Source: Eledone cirrhosa
Taxonomy: Eukaryota
Assembly (NCBI GenBank): GCA_964016885.1
Contig: CAXHJY010000860.1
Coordinates: 496,001 to 560,000 of the forward strand
Length of the DNA: 64,000 nucleotides
Direction of reading: 5' to 3'
A model generated the notes under the pieces. The model ran no database searches, had not been told where the DNA came from, and saw nothing but the letters and a program-made list of their open reading frames with translations. Within the stretch, counting starts at the first letter, position 1, and the number at the start of each line of letters is the position of its first letter. The position numbers were made by a program, and so were the translations under genes. Positions 40,190 through 54,271 of the stretch are shown here, one piece after another.

Positions 40190-40747
40190 GGTGGCTGCCA
40201 ACTCGTTTTCGAGTACGGCCACTACTTTATATCCATGTAGGAGAACCCCTACCGATGTGCTGAACGAGTGTGACTTTTTAGTCCAGCCAGCGACTTGAAA
40301 ACTCTGGTACAAACACTACACCTGTGACAATCATTGACACATAGTGCTGGGCCCATGGTACCCTGTGACGACAAGTGCAGAGAGATCTCCAGATATAAAG
40401 CAATGCCTGTGCTGTGAAGCTTTTATAGCGAGCAAAGGCACTGCACAAAGCCAGTCCCACTCTCTTAACCAAGATGATATTTATCAAAAAGAAGACCAAG
40501 TCAACATCATTGGATACCATCAGGGTTGCAGGTGTTATATCAGAGTTTTCCTTCTCCTAGAATTCTGCCTTGACAAAGGCTAAGGGGTCATCTCTCCCGG
40601 TGATTTGGGATGGCCATTGACTCTTAAGAGCTCCTTTGCCCTTTGATAGGTTTTGTTTTTAGTCCTGCAGGATGTCCAAAGTCACCCTCCTCACCAAGAA
40701 ACCTTGGTGGGGTTGCCAGTTTAGTCGCCAACGACCCGACCTTGAGA
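40190..40747 (-). mobile_element. probable RTE-type LINE 5' UTR fragment
   Basis: minus strand ..ggcagaattctaggagaaggaaaactctg.. resembles RTE 5' UTR motifs (recalled, not searched); hairpin caccaagg/cttggtg. Confidence 0.4.
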
Positions 40748-42312
40748 CTACCACCACCACTACCGCCAACACTACAACCAACACTACTACCAACACTACC
40801 ACCAACACTACCTCTAACACTACCTCCAACACTACCACCAACACTACCACCAACACTACCACCAACACTACCACCACCACTACCTCCAACACTACCACCA
40901 ACACTACCACCAACACTACCACCAACACTACCACCAACACTACCACCAACACTACCACCAACACTACCACCAACACTACCACCAACACTACCACCAACAC
41001 TACCACCAACACTACCACCAACACTACCACCACTACCACCACCAATACACCAACACAACCACTAACACTACCACCAACACTACCACCGACACTACTACCG
41101 ACACTACCACCAACACTACCAACAACACTACCACTAACACTACTACCAACACTACTACCAACACTACCACCAACACCACCACTACCACTAACACTACCAC
41201 CAACACTACCACCAACACTATCACCAACACTACCACCGACACTACTACCAACACTACCACCAACACTACCACCAACACTACCACCAACACTACCACCAAC
41301 ACTACCACCAACACTATCACCAACACTATCACCAACACTACCACCAACACTACCACCACCACTACCACCACCACTACCACCAACACTACCACCAACACTA
41401 CCACCAACACTACCACCAACACTACCACTAATACATATCACCAACACTACCACCAACACTACCACCAACACTACCACCAACACTACCACCAACACTACCA
41501 CCAACACTACCACCAACACTACCACCAACACTACCACCAACACTACCACCAACACTATTACCAACACTACCACCAACACTACCACCAACACCATCACCTC
41601 CAACACTACTACCAACACTACCACCAACACTACCACCAACACTACCACCAACACTACCACCAACACTACCACCAACACTACCACCGACACTACCACCGAC
41701 ACTACCACCGACACTACCACCGACACCATCAGCTACAACACTACCACCAACACTACCACCAACACTACCACCAACACTATTACCAACACTACCACCAACA
41801 CTACCACCGACACCATCACCTCCAACACTACTACCAATACTACCACTAATACATATCACCAACACTACCACCAACACTACCACCAACACTACCACCAACA
41901 CTATTACCAACACTACCACCAACACCATCACCTCCAACACTACTACCAATACTACCACTAATACATATCACCAACACTACCACCAACACTACCACCAACA
42001 CTACCATCAACACTACCACCAACACTACCACCAACACTACTACCAACACTACCACCGACACCATCACCTCCAACACTACTACCAATACTACCACCAACAC
42101 TACCACCAACACTACCACCAACACTACCACCAACACTACCACCAACACTACCACCAACACTACCACCAACACTACCACCAACACTACCACCAACACTACC
42201 ACCAACACTACCACCAACACTACCACTAACACTACTATCAACACTACCACCAACACTACTACCAACTCTACCACCAACACTACCACCAACACCATCACTA
42301 CCTCCAACATTA
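40748..42312. repeat. 12-bp repeat (ccaacactacca)n
   Basis: direct. Confidence 0.97.
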
Positions 42313-42658
42313 CCACATACCCCCCACAACGAGACCTCCCTGCCACCACCACCGCCCACCCCAGCCATCCCCCGACCCCCACCACCACCCACACCACCCT
42401 TAAACCCTCATGACACCTCCCCTTCCCACCACTACCACCCACACCACTCTTAAACCCTCATGACATCCCCCTTCCCACCACCACCCTTAAACCCCCTTGA
42501 CACCTCCCCTTCCCACCACCACCACTTAACCCCCCCCACCTCAAGAGACCTCCCCACACCACACTCTAATCTACCTCAGTCCCTCCACCCCCCCTCTCTC
42601 TCAGTGTAACATAGTTCAACTATACAGTGTGTTGTACCTACTTTTAGTTAAATCCTTC

Positions 42659-42710
42659 TCTTCCGGTTCAGAAACCGGAAAAGTAAACATTGAGCGCCGC
42701 CTGGCGGTAA
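42659..42710. promoter_or_regulatory. inverted ETS-like pair plus CTCF-like motif
   Basis: ttccggtt-caga-aaccggaa 42661-80; minus strand CCGCCAGGCGGCGC 42694-707. Confidence 0.35.
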
Positions 42711-43182
42711 ATCAAAGACTAAGGTTTTTATACATCGATTATTTATTTATTTATTTCATTGATTTTGTTTGTTTGTTTGTTAAAGTCCTTAAACAACATT
42801 TAATGTCACCTCTTTAATATAACTTAGATTAGATTAAGTGGCCGACATGTTGTATGGCTGGCTGGCTCCACGTGTCTGTGGCGGAATACTCAACCAGCGT
42901 CACTTCTTTTTCTTCTTATTTGTCTTCTTCTTCTTCTTCTTCTTCTTCACCTCTTTAATATAACTTAGATTAGATTAAATGTCTGTCTAGTTGGTTGGTT
43001 GGCTCCACGTGTCTGTGGCGGAATACTCAACCAGCGTCACCACTACAAAGAACAACAGCTTCTTCGTCGTCGTCTCCTGCCTCGTCTTCTTAATAAAGAA
43101 ATGTCAAATGTCCTAATAGTTGTTCCAATGGAATATGTTGTACACCCCTCGACTAAAGTAACTGTCTTTCGTTTATTATATT

Positions 43183-43690
43183 GGCATAGAGTTACGGCCC
43201 TTGCCATTCTGAGTTCAAATCCCGCCGAGGTTAACTTTGCCTTTCATCCTTACGGGGTCGATAAGACAAAGTACCAGTAATACACTGGGTAATTGCTGGC
43301 CTTGTGCCTAACGTTGAAGCAATTATATTGGCAGTATTAGTAGAGGGTCGGACGCCATGCTTTGCAGCATAGTTAAGCCCCTTTATGGTCTGAGTTCAAA
43401 TCCCGCCGAGGTTAACTTTGCCTTTCATCCTTACGGGGTCGATAAGACAAAGTACCAGTAATACACTGGGTAATTGCTGGCCTTGTGCCTAACGTTGAAG
43501 CAATTATATTGGCAGTATTAGTAGAGGGTCGGACGCCATGCTTTGCAGCATAGTTAAGCCCCTTTATGGTCTGAGTTCAAATCCCGCCGAGGTTAACTTG
43601 GCCTTTCATCCTTACGGGGTCGATAAGATAAAGTACCAGTAATACACTGGGTAATTGCTGGCCTTGTGCCGAAAGTAGAAACAATTATTT
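43183..43690 (+). mobile_element. three tandem OK-like SINEs
   Basis: consensus with a ~181-bp period. Confidence 0.9.
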
Positions 43691-43776
43691 TTATAAAACT
43701 CCGGAAAAACATACACCGTTGAGCGCTTGACATCTGTTATATGAAAGTCAGCTGATTCTAATCATCTAACTCATTG

Positions 43777-43812
<36 letters not shown>

Positions 43813-43818
<6 letters not shown>

Positions 43819-44426
43819 CATCATCATCAGGTCGAGCTTGCTCGGCTTTCTACGACACGTTTCCTCCATCCATCTCTGTCTCTCATAGCGTTTGCCAGTT
43901 CTTCCGCAGTGCATCCAGTATCATCCTCAAGTTGCTTGACGTATGTCTTCTTGGGACGACCAGCGTGTCTTGCTCCATGAGATGGACTCCATAACAACAC
44001 ATCACCTGCTATTTCTTCCTTGCTGCGCCAACAGTGGCCAGCAAATCTGAGTCTCTGTCCACGTATTGACCTCCTGATAGGTGGTATATTGCCATAGAGA
44101 TCCTTATTTGTTGGGTGTTCCCTCCAAGACACGTTCAAAGCAGCGTGGCGCATACGTGTGTATGCCCCGTCTAGCTTTTTCTCCAGCTTCGACGTTAGCG
44201 TCCAAGTGATAGAGCCACAAACAAGCACAGATTCCACAGCAGCTCTGAAGAAATTCCTTTTCAGTTTGACCGGCAGGTTTGATTTCCATATCCTTTCCAT
44301 TGCATTCAATGCTTCCCAGGCTTTTCCCAGTCTGATGTTAACATCATGTTCTGTGGAGGCGATATAGCAACCCAGGTATTTGAAGTCGTCAACTTGCTTG
44401 ATTATATCGCCGTTTAGACTTTGCAT
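43813..44426 (-). mobile_element. RTE-clade LINE 3' end (RT thumb to stop) with (TGA)n tail
   Basis: VDDFKYLG..F+AAVESVL..TWTLT..RLRFAGHCWR..GRPKKTY..MRDRDGWR; catcatcat tail at 43813-27. Confidence 0.92.
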
Positions 44427-44454
44427 ACCAACTATATATATATATATATTTAGA

Positions 44455-44916
44455 TTTGTTGGTGCACCACTGGATAGAACTGGTCATTCCAAATGGTCAA
44501 CCTCGATGTAATATTATGGAGAGTACTCGACGTAATGCAACTCACCCGTCTTCGTTTGTGAGATTGGTGGTGCGAGTACGGAGTTAATTACTATAAAATA
44601 ACAGGAGGCTGGACTGGTGTAATTCCTTAAAAGGTTTATTATGCTATGAACATTTCAATGACCGGGTTCAGTATGAATCCGGTGACATCATCAGGTATTC
44701 GAAATATAACAAAGGAATATAATAGACAAGATCCATGCGGCTGAAAATCAGATGTCTCTGAGTTTCAGCCCCATGGATTGTGTCTATTATATTCCTTTGT
44801 TATATTTCGAATACCTGATGATGTCACCGGATTCATACTGAACCCGCTCATTGAAATGATACAGTATAATAAACCTTTAAAGGAATTACACCAGCCCAAC
44901 CTCCTGTTATTTTAGT
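44455..44916. mobile_element. family-6 HHR element with a ~160-bp-arm palindrome and two HHR copies
   Basis: arms ~44590-752 and ~44757-916; minus HHR 44641-98, plus HHR 44811-67 (degenerate). Confidence 0.8.
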
Positions 44917-44978
44917 ATATATATATATATATATATAATGATATTAAATAAATAGAACTATATTTATAAAACCATATT

Positions 44979-45042
44979 TATTTTATTATATGTAATTCAA
45001 GGGTACCAAGACAACATTGCTACACTTTCATCAGATAAAATA
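44979..45042 (-). ncRNA. degenerate hammerhead (family 3, GAAU instead of GAAA)
   Basis: tattttat-CTGATGA..GAAT-tacata-T-A-ataaaata. Confidence 0.55.
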
Positions 45043-45343
45043 CAAAGTTTGTTTTATAAATAGAGACGTACCCATGAAAACCATACCTGATCGGTTAGCA
45101 ATTCACTGGATAGTATTGAATATTTACTCCAGTAAACTGTTGAGTGCTCTAAATCAGTTATAAACATTTATACCACTTCTACTTCTTTCTGCCTTTGTTA
45201 CTCTAAAAATAAACTATAGATTTGAAGAATTAGCTTTAATGAATTCCCTTTTCTATCTACCAATGACCGACACCCATCCCACTCCTTACCCTCTCCTACC
45301 ACTTGAAGAGACCTATAAATACCATACTTATTTTTTGATACCC

Positions 45344-45394
45344 AGATTCCTGATGATTTCTAAAGAATGAAACAGTTCTAGTCCTGTAGAATCT
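45344..45394 (+). ncRNA. type I hammerhead ribozyme (family 2)
   Basis: agattc/gaatct stem I, CTGATGA 45350-56, ttc-taaa-gaa, GAAA-cag..ctg-T-A (GUA). Confidence 0.8.
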
Positions 45395-45408
45395 CATCTA
45401 TATTAAAA

Positions 45409-45447
<39 letters not shown>

Positions 45448-45562
45448 ATATATAGATACGAATTTTCAATATAGCATTATGCACTACTGACATTAATATT
45501 GTATTTTAATAAATGTTCTAAAGACTAGGAATGTAATTACTTGTTTAAACATTGTGTAAGCT

Positions 45563-45601
45563 CCGATGATTCCAGCGAGTTATCTGGAAGAAACGATTGT
45601 C
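45563..45601 (+). ncRNA. degenerate hammerhead-like motif
   Basis: CCGATGA-ttccag..ctggaa-GAAAC-gatt-GTC; stem I not evident. Confidence 0.35.
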
Positions 45602-45974
45602 ACCAATTAAATGTATTAAGCAAAAATTTGATTATTTTGTATGTATATATATATATATATATATACACATACATACGCATATTTCCCTCATGGGTGGTGG
45701 GCATGGCTGTGTACACCAGACTGCCAACCAGACACCATACCACACGACCCTACCATCCAACCACCCTCACTGGTGTGTTACCATCAGTAAAAGCCATCTC
45801 TTCGCCATTATATGCTGAGAGAAAGAAAATCGGTTTCCAGGAAAAAAATTATAGATTTTGTACGGAGACGTATCGATATTCGATCTTCATGTTAATGGTG
45901 GTGAGGACGTTGGTTAGATGGTGGTTTTCCATTTTCTTCCCATCTCATACATATTGACGGAATGATGTTAGAAT

Positions 45975-46001
45975 ATAAACACACACATATAGATATATAC
46001 A

Positions 46002-46068
<67 letters not shown>

Positions 46069-46366
46069 GGTGAGAGACACACTTATATATACATATCTAT
46101 ATATACACAGAAGGAGAGTCACACACATATATACACACACACAGACACGCACACATATATACATATATATATATAATATACATAGATACACACACATATA
46201 TATTGACATACATATATATATATAAACAGGGTGAGAGACATACTTATATATACATATCTATATATACACAGAAGGAGAGTCACACACACACACACACATA
46301 TATATAATATACATAGATACACACACATATATATATAATATACATAGATACACACACATATATATT

Positions 46367-46411
<45 letters not shown>

Positions 46412-46470
46412 GGTGAGAGACACACTTATATATACATATCTATATATACACAGGAGAGTCACACACACAG

Positions 46471-46542
<72 letters not shown>

Positions 46543-47075
46543 ACACACACATATATATATAATATATATAATATACATAGATACACACATATTGACATAC
46601 ATATATATATATATATATATATGTGTGTGTCTGTCTATGTGTGTGTGTGTGTATATGTATGTGTGTGAGTGTGTATAAATGTGTGAGTGTATATATATAT
46701 ATATATGTGCGTGTATGTATACGTGTGTGTGTATATATATATTTATGTCTGTGTGCTTGTGTGTATACATGTATGTATGTATGTGTGTGTGTATAAGTGT
46801 GTGTATGTATGTTTACACATCTATATACAGAGAGAGAGAGAGACATTAGTTGCAGAGATTGATGGTATAGAAAGATGGCGGAGATGGGAAAACTTTCGGA
46901 CGAGATTCTCGCGATGGTGAGATTGGGGAATGGAAGGGTTATAAACGTGTCGACATATACAGACATAAATACACCGAACACACCACCTCCCCTCACTCAC
47001 ACATATCTATACATTGCACAGTATAACGGCGTATATATATACATATTTATATATATATATATATATTTATATGTA

Positions 47076-47132
<57 letters not shown>

Positions 47133-47218
47133 ACATACATACATATGTAAGTATATTTATATATTTGTATCTAGACATGTATGCATATGTTTGTAAACAT
47201 AAGTATGCACACACACAT

Positions 47219-47273
<55 letters not shown>

Positions 47274-47397
47274 TGTGTGTGTGAATATATAAATGTATGT
47301 GTACAAATATATATGTACACGCACATATATATCTAAACACATATTTATATAAATATCTATATCTATATATTTACACACTTATGCACACACACACACG

Positions 47398-47481
<84 letters not shown>

Positions 47482-47576
47482 TATATACACACACACAAAT
47501 GATTGTATACAGTAAATATTTCATATTTGAATGAAATATTGTGATGCAATTTACATGATATATACACAAAAACATG

Positions 47577-47615
<39 letters not shown>

Positions 47616-47640
47616 ACATATGTATGTGTGTATATATGTA

Positions 47641-47705
<65 letters not shown>

Positions 47706-47756
47706 TAATATATATCTGTATGTGTATATATATATATGTGTGTGTGTATATGTATG

Positions 47757-47807
<51 letters not shown>

Positions 47808-48069
47808 ATATGTATGTATGTATATATATATATATATATGTATATATATTAATATATATCTAGTGTATATATATATATTTATATATATATATTAATATAT
47901 ATCTATGTGTATATATATATATATATATATATTAATATATATCTATATATCTATGTGTATATATATATATATATATATATTAATATATATATATATATCT
48001 ATGTGTATATATATATATATATATATATTAATATATATCTATATATCTATGTGTATATATATATATATA

Positions 48070-48116
<47 letters not shown>

Positions 48117-48165
48117 ATATATGTATGTATATATGTGTGTGTATATATATATATGTGTGTATATA

Positions 48166-48196
<31 letters not shown>

Positions 48197-48236
48197 CTGT
48201 ATATCTATGTGTATATATGTGTATATATATATATAT
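45975..48236. repeat. (TA)/(CA)/(TG) compound repeats with a ~180-bp triplicated unit at 46050-46620
   Basis: gggtgagagacacacttata..gaaggagagtcacac x3. Confidence 0.9.
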
Positions 48237-48419
48237 GCAGGCTGTCTCATCCTGCCCTTAACACATGACAAATCTGCAAAGTTGTTTCATTGCATCGCGA
48301 CCCTCTCGAACTTTGAACCTGCGTGACCCCCTTCGCTGCAACAAACTGTAACAAACTGCCACTCCTTCCTAACACCCCTCCATCAGTACCACCACCACCA
48401 CCACCACCACAGCCAACAC

Positions 48420-48690
48420 CATCGCCGCCGTCACCATCGTCTCTTCTTCTCCGCCGTCACACCATCGTCTTCTTCGCCGCCGCCGTCACACCATCGTCTT
48501 CTTCGCCGCCGCCGTCACACCATCGTCTTCTTCGCCGCCGCCGTCACACCATCGTCTTCTTCGCCGCCGCCGTCACATCGTCACATCATCGTCTTCTTCG
48601 CCGCCGTCACATCTTCGTCTTCGCCGCCGCCGTCACCATCGTCTTCTTCGCCGCCGCCGTCACCATCATCCCTTCAACCGCCGCCGTAAT
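48420..48690. repeat. 29-bp CpG-rich minisatellite (caccatcgtcttcttcgccgccgccgtca)
   Basis: direct, ~7 copies. Confidence 0.9.
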
Positions 48691-49364
48691 TTCCCACCCA
48701 CCCGCCCCCACCAAAAAAAAAACCACCGTTTTTTTTCCGATCTTTCTATCTCTCTTCCTTCCCCCTCTCCCTCCTGGGCTTTATTCTGTTGCTGTATACT
48801 CAGCCCGACCCCCCCCAGACCATGACCTATTCGAATCACCCCCGCCGCCGCCTCTAGTAACACTAACACCACCACCACACTCACCGTCACCACCACCGTC
48901 AACGCCGTAATAAACTTTTCTTATGCATATCTACTCATATATACATCTCTATCTATCTATCTATATATATATATATGTGTGTGTGTGTTTATATATATAT
49001 TATATATACATGCATATATATGTGTGTGTGTATTTGTTTATATATATATATTATATTATATATATATATTATATATATATATTATATATACATGCATTTA
49101 TATGTATGTGTGTGTGTGTGTATATATATTTATATATATATGTATGTGTGTGTGTATGTGTGTATATATTTATATATATATGTATGTGTGTGTATGTGTG
49201 TATATATTTATATATATATATATGTATGTATGTGTGTGTGTGTGTGTATATATTTGTGTGGGTGTGTGTAGATATATATTTATATATATGTGTGTATTTA
49301 CATATATATATATGTGTGTGTGTGTATATTTGTTTGTGTGGGTGTGTGTGTGTATATATATATA

Positions 49365-49399
<35 letters not shown>

Positions 49400-49949
49400 G
49401 TGTGTGTGTATGTGCGTGTATATGTGTATATATATGTGTGTGTGTGTGTGTAGCAAAACATATAAAAAATATAAAATACGCCATCTCTCATCAAATAGTG
49501 ACACACGTGCAGGCAGACAGTCAACCAGATAGATATATAGAGTGGGAGGGGTGGGGGGAGTGACAGTAAAGAGGGGGTGTAGATAGACAAGAGTGACGGA
49601 GATAGAGAGAGAGGGGCAGAATAGAGAGAGGGGGAAGGCAGAGAGAGTGAGAACGGCGGGAGAGAGTGAGAACGGCGGGAGAGAGAGGGGGGGTGTAGAC
49701 AGACAAGAGAGAGAGAGAGACGCAGAAGGAGGAGGAAGATAGAGAGAGAAGCAGAAAGGTGGTGAATGAGAGGGGGTGTAGACAGACGAGAGAAAGATAG
49801 AGAGAGAGAGAGGGATTTAGAGAGAGGAAGATGTATATAGAGAGAGACAGTTGAGGAGTGAGAGGGCTGTTGAGATAGACAAAAAGACGAAGAGAGAGAC
49901 GGAAAGAGAGGGGGAGAGAGATAGAGAGAGAAACAGCGAGAGAAAGAGA

Positions 49950-50149
49950 NNNNNNNNNNNNNNNNNNNNNNNNNNNNNNNNNNNNNNNNNNNNNNNNNNN
50001 NNNNNNNNNNNNNNNNNNNNNNNNNNNNNNNNNNNNNNNNNNNNNNNNNNNNNNNNNNNNNNNNNNNNNNNNNNNNNNNNNNNNNNNNNNNNNNNNNNNN
50101 NNNNNNNNNNNNNNNNNNNNNNNNNNNNNNNNNNNNNNNNNNNNNNNNN
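49950..50149. other. assembly gap (~200 N)
   Basis: N run. Confidence 0.99.
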
Positions 50150-50622
50150 TTCAACAAATTTAGTTTATAACAGATTAGAAGCACTCAACAGTATAATATA
50201 TATATATATTTATATATATATATATAAAGTAATAAACAACATTAGACAATTATTCCATTTACCAAAGGTTTCACGAAGACAGACGAGCTCAACACAAAGG
50301 CCTGAAATCGCTCATCAGAATGAAAATTAAGATTTAACAGGGACATAAGATATGAATTTAAAAACAAAGGGTAAAACAATTGAAAGCGAGGCTGATATAT
50401 ATATATATATATATTGTAATATATTTATTCAGGTTTGAGGTTCACCACTGTATAGAGCTGGTCTATTCCGTATGGTCAATCGTAATGCAATAATATAGAG
50501 AGTACTCAACGTAAGGCAGTTCAACCGTCTTTGTTTTTGTAGTTGGTGGTGCTATTACGGAGTTAAATATTATAATGAAATGACAGGAGGCTGGACTTGT
50601 GTAAATCCTTGAAAGGTTTATT

Positions 50623-50680
50623 ATACTATGATCATTTCAATGACCGGGTTCCGTATGAATCCGGTGACATCATCAGGTAT
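50623..50680 (-). ncRNA. type I hammerhead ribozyme (family 6) within element 50425-50730
   Basis: minus strand atac-CTGATGA..accgg/ccggt..GAAA-tgatca-T-A-gtat; stem III palindrome ATGATCAT. Confidence 0.75.
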
Positions 50681-50844
50681 TCGAAATATAATACGTGAAT
50701 GTAATAGATAAAATCCATGGGGCTGAAAATCGAGGACCGGAGGGCGACCGCTATTCTGTTCCTTCAACCTCAGCCGGTCACCCTGGAGTGACGTGGCTAA
50801 AGCTTACAGTGTGCTACTACCGGTCAGATAAAGGAAAACAGAAA

Positions 50845-50944
50845 TATATTGTAATATATATATATATATATAGATATATATATATATTGTTATATATATA
50901 TATATATATTGTATTTTAACTTTAAGCTATCTCTGTCATTGTAT

Positions 50945-50980
<36 letters not shown>

Positions 50981-51075
50981 CATATATATATTGTCATATA
51001 TATATATATATATATATTGTCATATATATATATATATTGTCATATATATATATATATATATTGTAATATATATAG

Positions 51076-51149
<74 letters not shown>

Positions 51150-51438
51150 TGTAATATATATATATATATTGTAATATATATATATATATATTGTAATATA
51201 TATATATTGTAATATATATATATATATTGTAATATATATATATATATATATTGTAATATATATATATATATATTGTAATATATATATATATATATATTGT
51301 AATATATATATATATATATATTGTAATATATATATATTGTAATATATATATATATATATATTGTAATATATATATATATATATATTGTAATATATATTGT
51401 AATATATATATATTGTAATATATAATATATATATATTG

Positions 51439-51470
<32 letters not shown>
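50845..51470. repeat. (TA)n with ttgtaa spacers
   Basis: direct. Confidence 0.95.
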
Positions 51471-51477
<7 letters not shown>

Positions 51478-51824
51478 TTTATTACACCAATATGATAAGC
51501 GCAAAAGAAATGAGGGAGATTTGGCTGCTATTACTAGCATATTGATCTGCCACGTAGAAGTCTCTTTTGTGCCTGTAATTTTAGTTACCATTCTTACTAT
51601 ATTAATGCCGGGGGGTGGTCATTGTTTAGTAGCGTTGACACTAGTGACTTTGGTGGAAACTGGTGTGGGAGTGGACAGGTGTAATGGTGGAGATAAGTTA
51701 AATGGAGTGGAATTAGTGACCAGAGGAAAATGGAGGGTTCGTAGGGGTGTTGAACTGGTAAGATGGAGGAGGGGAGCACATATCTTCGTAAAGACTCTCG
51801 CTTAGATTTCCTTTTCAATATAAC

Positions 51825-52920
51825 TCTCTCGCTATCGTTCTCTCTCTCTCTCGTTCTCTCTCTCGTTGTCTCTCTCTCTGTCGTTCTCTCTCTGTCGTTC
51901 TCTCTCTGTCGTTCTCTCTCTCGTTGTCTCTCTCTCTGTCGTTCTCTCTCTGTCGTTCTCTCTCCCGTTGTCTCTCTCTCTGTCGTTCTCTCTCTGTCGT
52001 TCTCTCTCTCACGTTCTCTCTTTCACGTTCTCTCTCTCGTTCTCTCTCTCGTTGTCTCTCTCTCTGTCGTTCTCTCTCTCGTTGTCTCTCTCTCTGTCGT
52101 TCTCTCTCTGTCGTTCTCTCTCCCGTTGTCTCTCTCTCTGTCGTTCTCTCTCTGTTGTTCTCTCTCTCTCGTTCTCTCTCCCGTTGTCTCTCTCTCTGTC
52201 GTTCTCTCTCTGTTGTTCTCTCTCTCTCGTTCTCTCTCCCGTTGTCTCTCTCTCTGTCGTTCTCTCTCTGTCGTTCTCTCTCCCGTTGTCTCTCTCTCTG
52301 TCGTTCTCTCTCTGTCGTTCTCTCTCCCGTTGTCTCTCTCTCTGTCGTTCTCTCTCTGTCGTTCTCTCTCCCGTTGTCTCTCTCTCTGTCGTTCTCTCTC
52401 TCTCGTTCTCTCTCCCGTTGTCTCTCTCTCTGTCGTTCTCTCTCTGTCGTTCTCTCTCCCGTTGTCTCTCTCTCTGTCGTTCTCTCTCTGTCGTTCTCTC
52501 TCCCGTTGTCTCTCTCTCTGTCGTTCTCTCTCTGTCGTTCTCTCTCCCGTTGTCTCTCTCTCTGTCGTTCTCTCTCTGTCGTTCTCTCTCTGTCGTTCTC
52601 TCTCCCGTTGTCTCTCTCTCTGTCGTTCTCTCTCTGTCGTTCTCTCTCTGTCGTTCTCTCTCCCGTTGTCTCTCTCTCTGTCGTTCTCTCTCTGTCGTTC
52701 TCTCTCCCGTTGTCTCTCTCTCCCGTTGTCTCTCTCTCTGTCGTTCTCTCTCTGTCGTTCTCTCTCCCGTTGTCTCTCTCTCTGTCGTTCTCTCTCTGTC
52801 GTTCTCTCTCTCTCGTTCTCTCTCCCGTTGTCTCTCTCTCTGTCGTTCTCTCTCTGTTGTTCTCTCTCTCACGTTCTCTCTCTGTCGTTCTCTCTTTCAA
52901 TCGTTCTGTCTCTCTCTCGT

Positions 52921-52962
<42 letters not shown>

Positions 52963-53210
52963 CTCTCTCTCTCTCGTCTTTTTCTACCTCTCTTATCTCT
53001 CTCTCTTATCTCTCTCTCTCTCTCTCTCTCTCTGTTATCGCTCTTTCTCCCTTAATTCTCTCTATATCTCTCTATTCTCCCTCGCTCTGTTTCTCTGTGT
53101 GTGTGTCTCTCTCTCTCTTTGTCATGCACTCTCTCTCTCTCTCTCTCTCTCTTTGTCATGCACTCTCTCTCTCTGTCATGCACTCTCTCTCTCTCTCTCT
53201 CACCCTCTCT
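51825..53210. repeat. CT-rich minisatellite (tgtcgttctctctc/cccgttgtctctc)
   Basis: direct. Confidence 0.95.
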
Positions 53211-53677
53211 TTATGTGTATATATATATATATTTCTTTCTGTATTTTGTCCTATCAACCACCCCACCCCACCCCACCCCACCCCACCCCGCTCTCACCCC
53301 TGAAAATTGAAACCTTGCTCTCTCACCTCTTTAAAACCACCCGAGCGCCTCTGAGACATACAGATATCTCCTTCACTCTTTCTTTCTCGCCCCCTCCTCT
53401 CTCTCTCTCTCTCGCTCTCTCTCTGCCACTCTCTCTCACTGCCACTCTCTCTCACTGCCACTCTCTCTGCCTCTCTCACACTCTCTCTGCCACACTCTCT
53501 CTCTCTCTCACTCTATATATATCCGTGTGTATCTCTATATGTGTGTGTCCAGGGGGCAGTAAGTGACGTGACGAACTAGTGTTAGGTGGGGGGGTGGGGG
53601 TTTTGACTGAGTGGTGAAGATTTGAGACGTGTGTGTGTGTGTGTATATATATGTGTGTGTGTGTGTATATATATATG

Positions 53678-53710
<33 letters not shown>

Positions 53711-53823
53711 ATATATATATATGTGTGTGTATGTGTGTGTATATATATATATATATACGTATGTGTGTGTGTCTATTAATATATATATATGAGTGTGTGT
53801 GTGTGCGTATATATATATATATG

Positions 53824-53857
<34 letters not shown>

Positions 53858-53909
53858 CGTATGTGTGTGTGTGTGTGTATATATAAATGTGTGTATATGT
53901 ATGTGTATA

Positions 53910-53962
<53 letters not shown>

Positions 53963-53971
53963 ATATATATA

Positions 53972-54020
<49 letters not shown>

Positions 54021-54271
54021 ATATATATATGTGTGTGTGTGTATATATATATATGGGTGTATATATATATATATATACGTATGTGTGTTGTGGAAATAGT
54101 CAAATAGTTTTGAAAGTGAAACTCATAGTAATGGTGGTGGTGGTGTGGGTGGTGGTGGTGTGGGTGGTGGTGTTGTGGATGGTGGTGGTGGTGCTGATGA
54201 CGATGGTGAGGGTGATGGTGGTAACTAAATAGCACGTGGTTTTAAATATATTTACATTTCAGGCAATATTG

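Noticed and set aside
45835-45906. Possible 60-nt exon with DRE (TATCGATA) and STAT-like sites
   Set aside because: Weak acceptor and no supporting homology; motifs expected by chance
54112-54124. ISRE-like GAAAGTGAAACT
   Set aside because: Single isolated motif with no context
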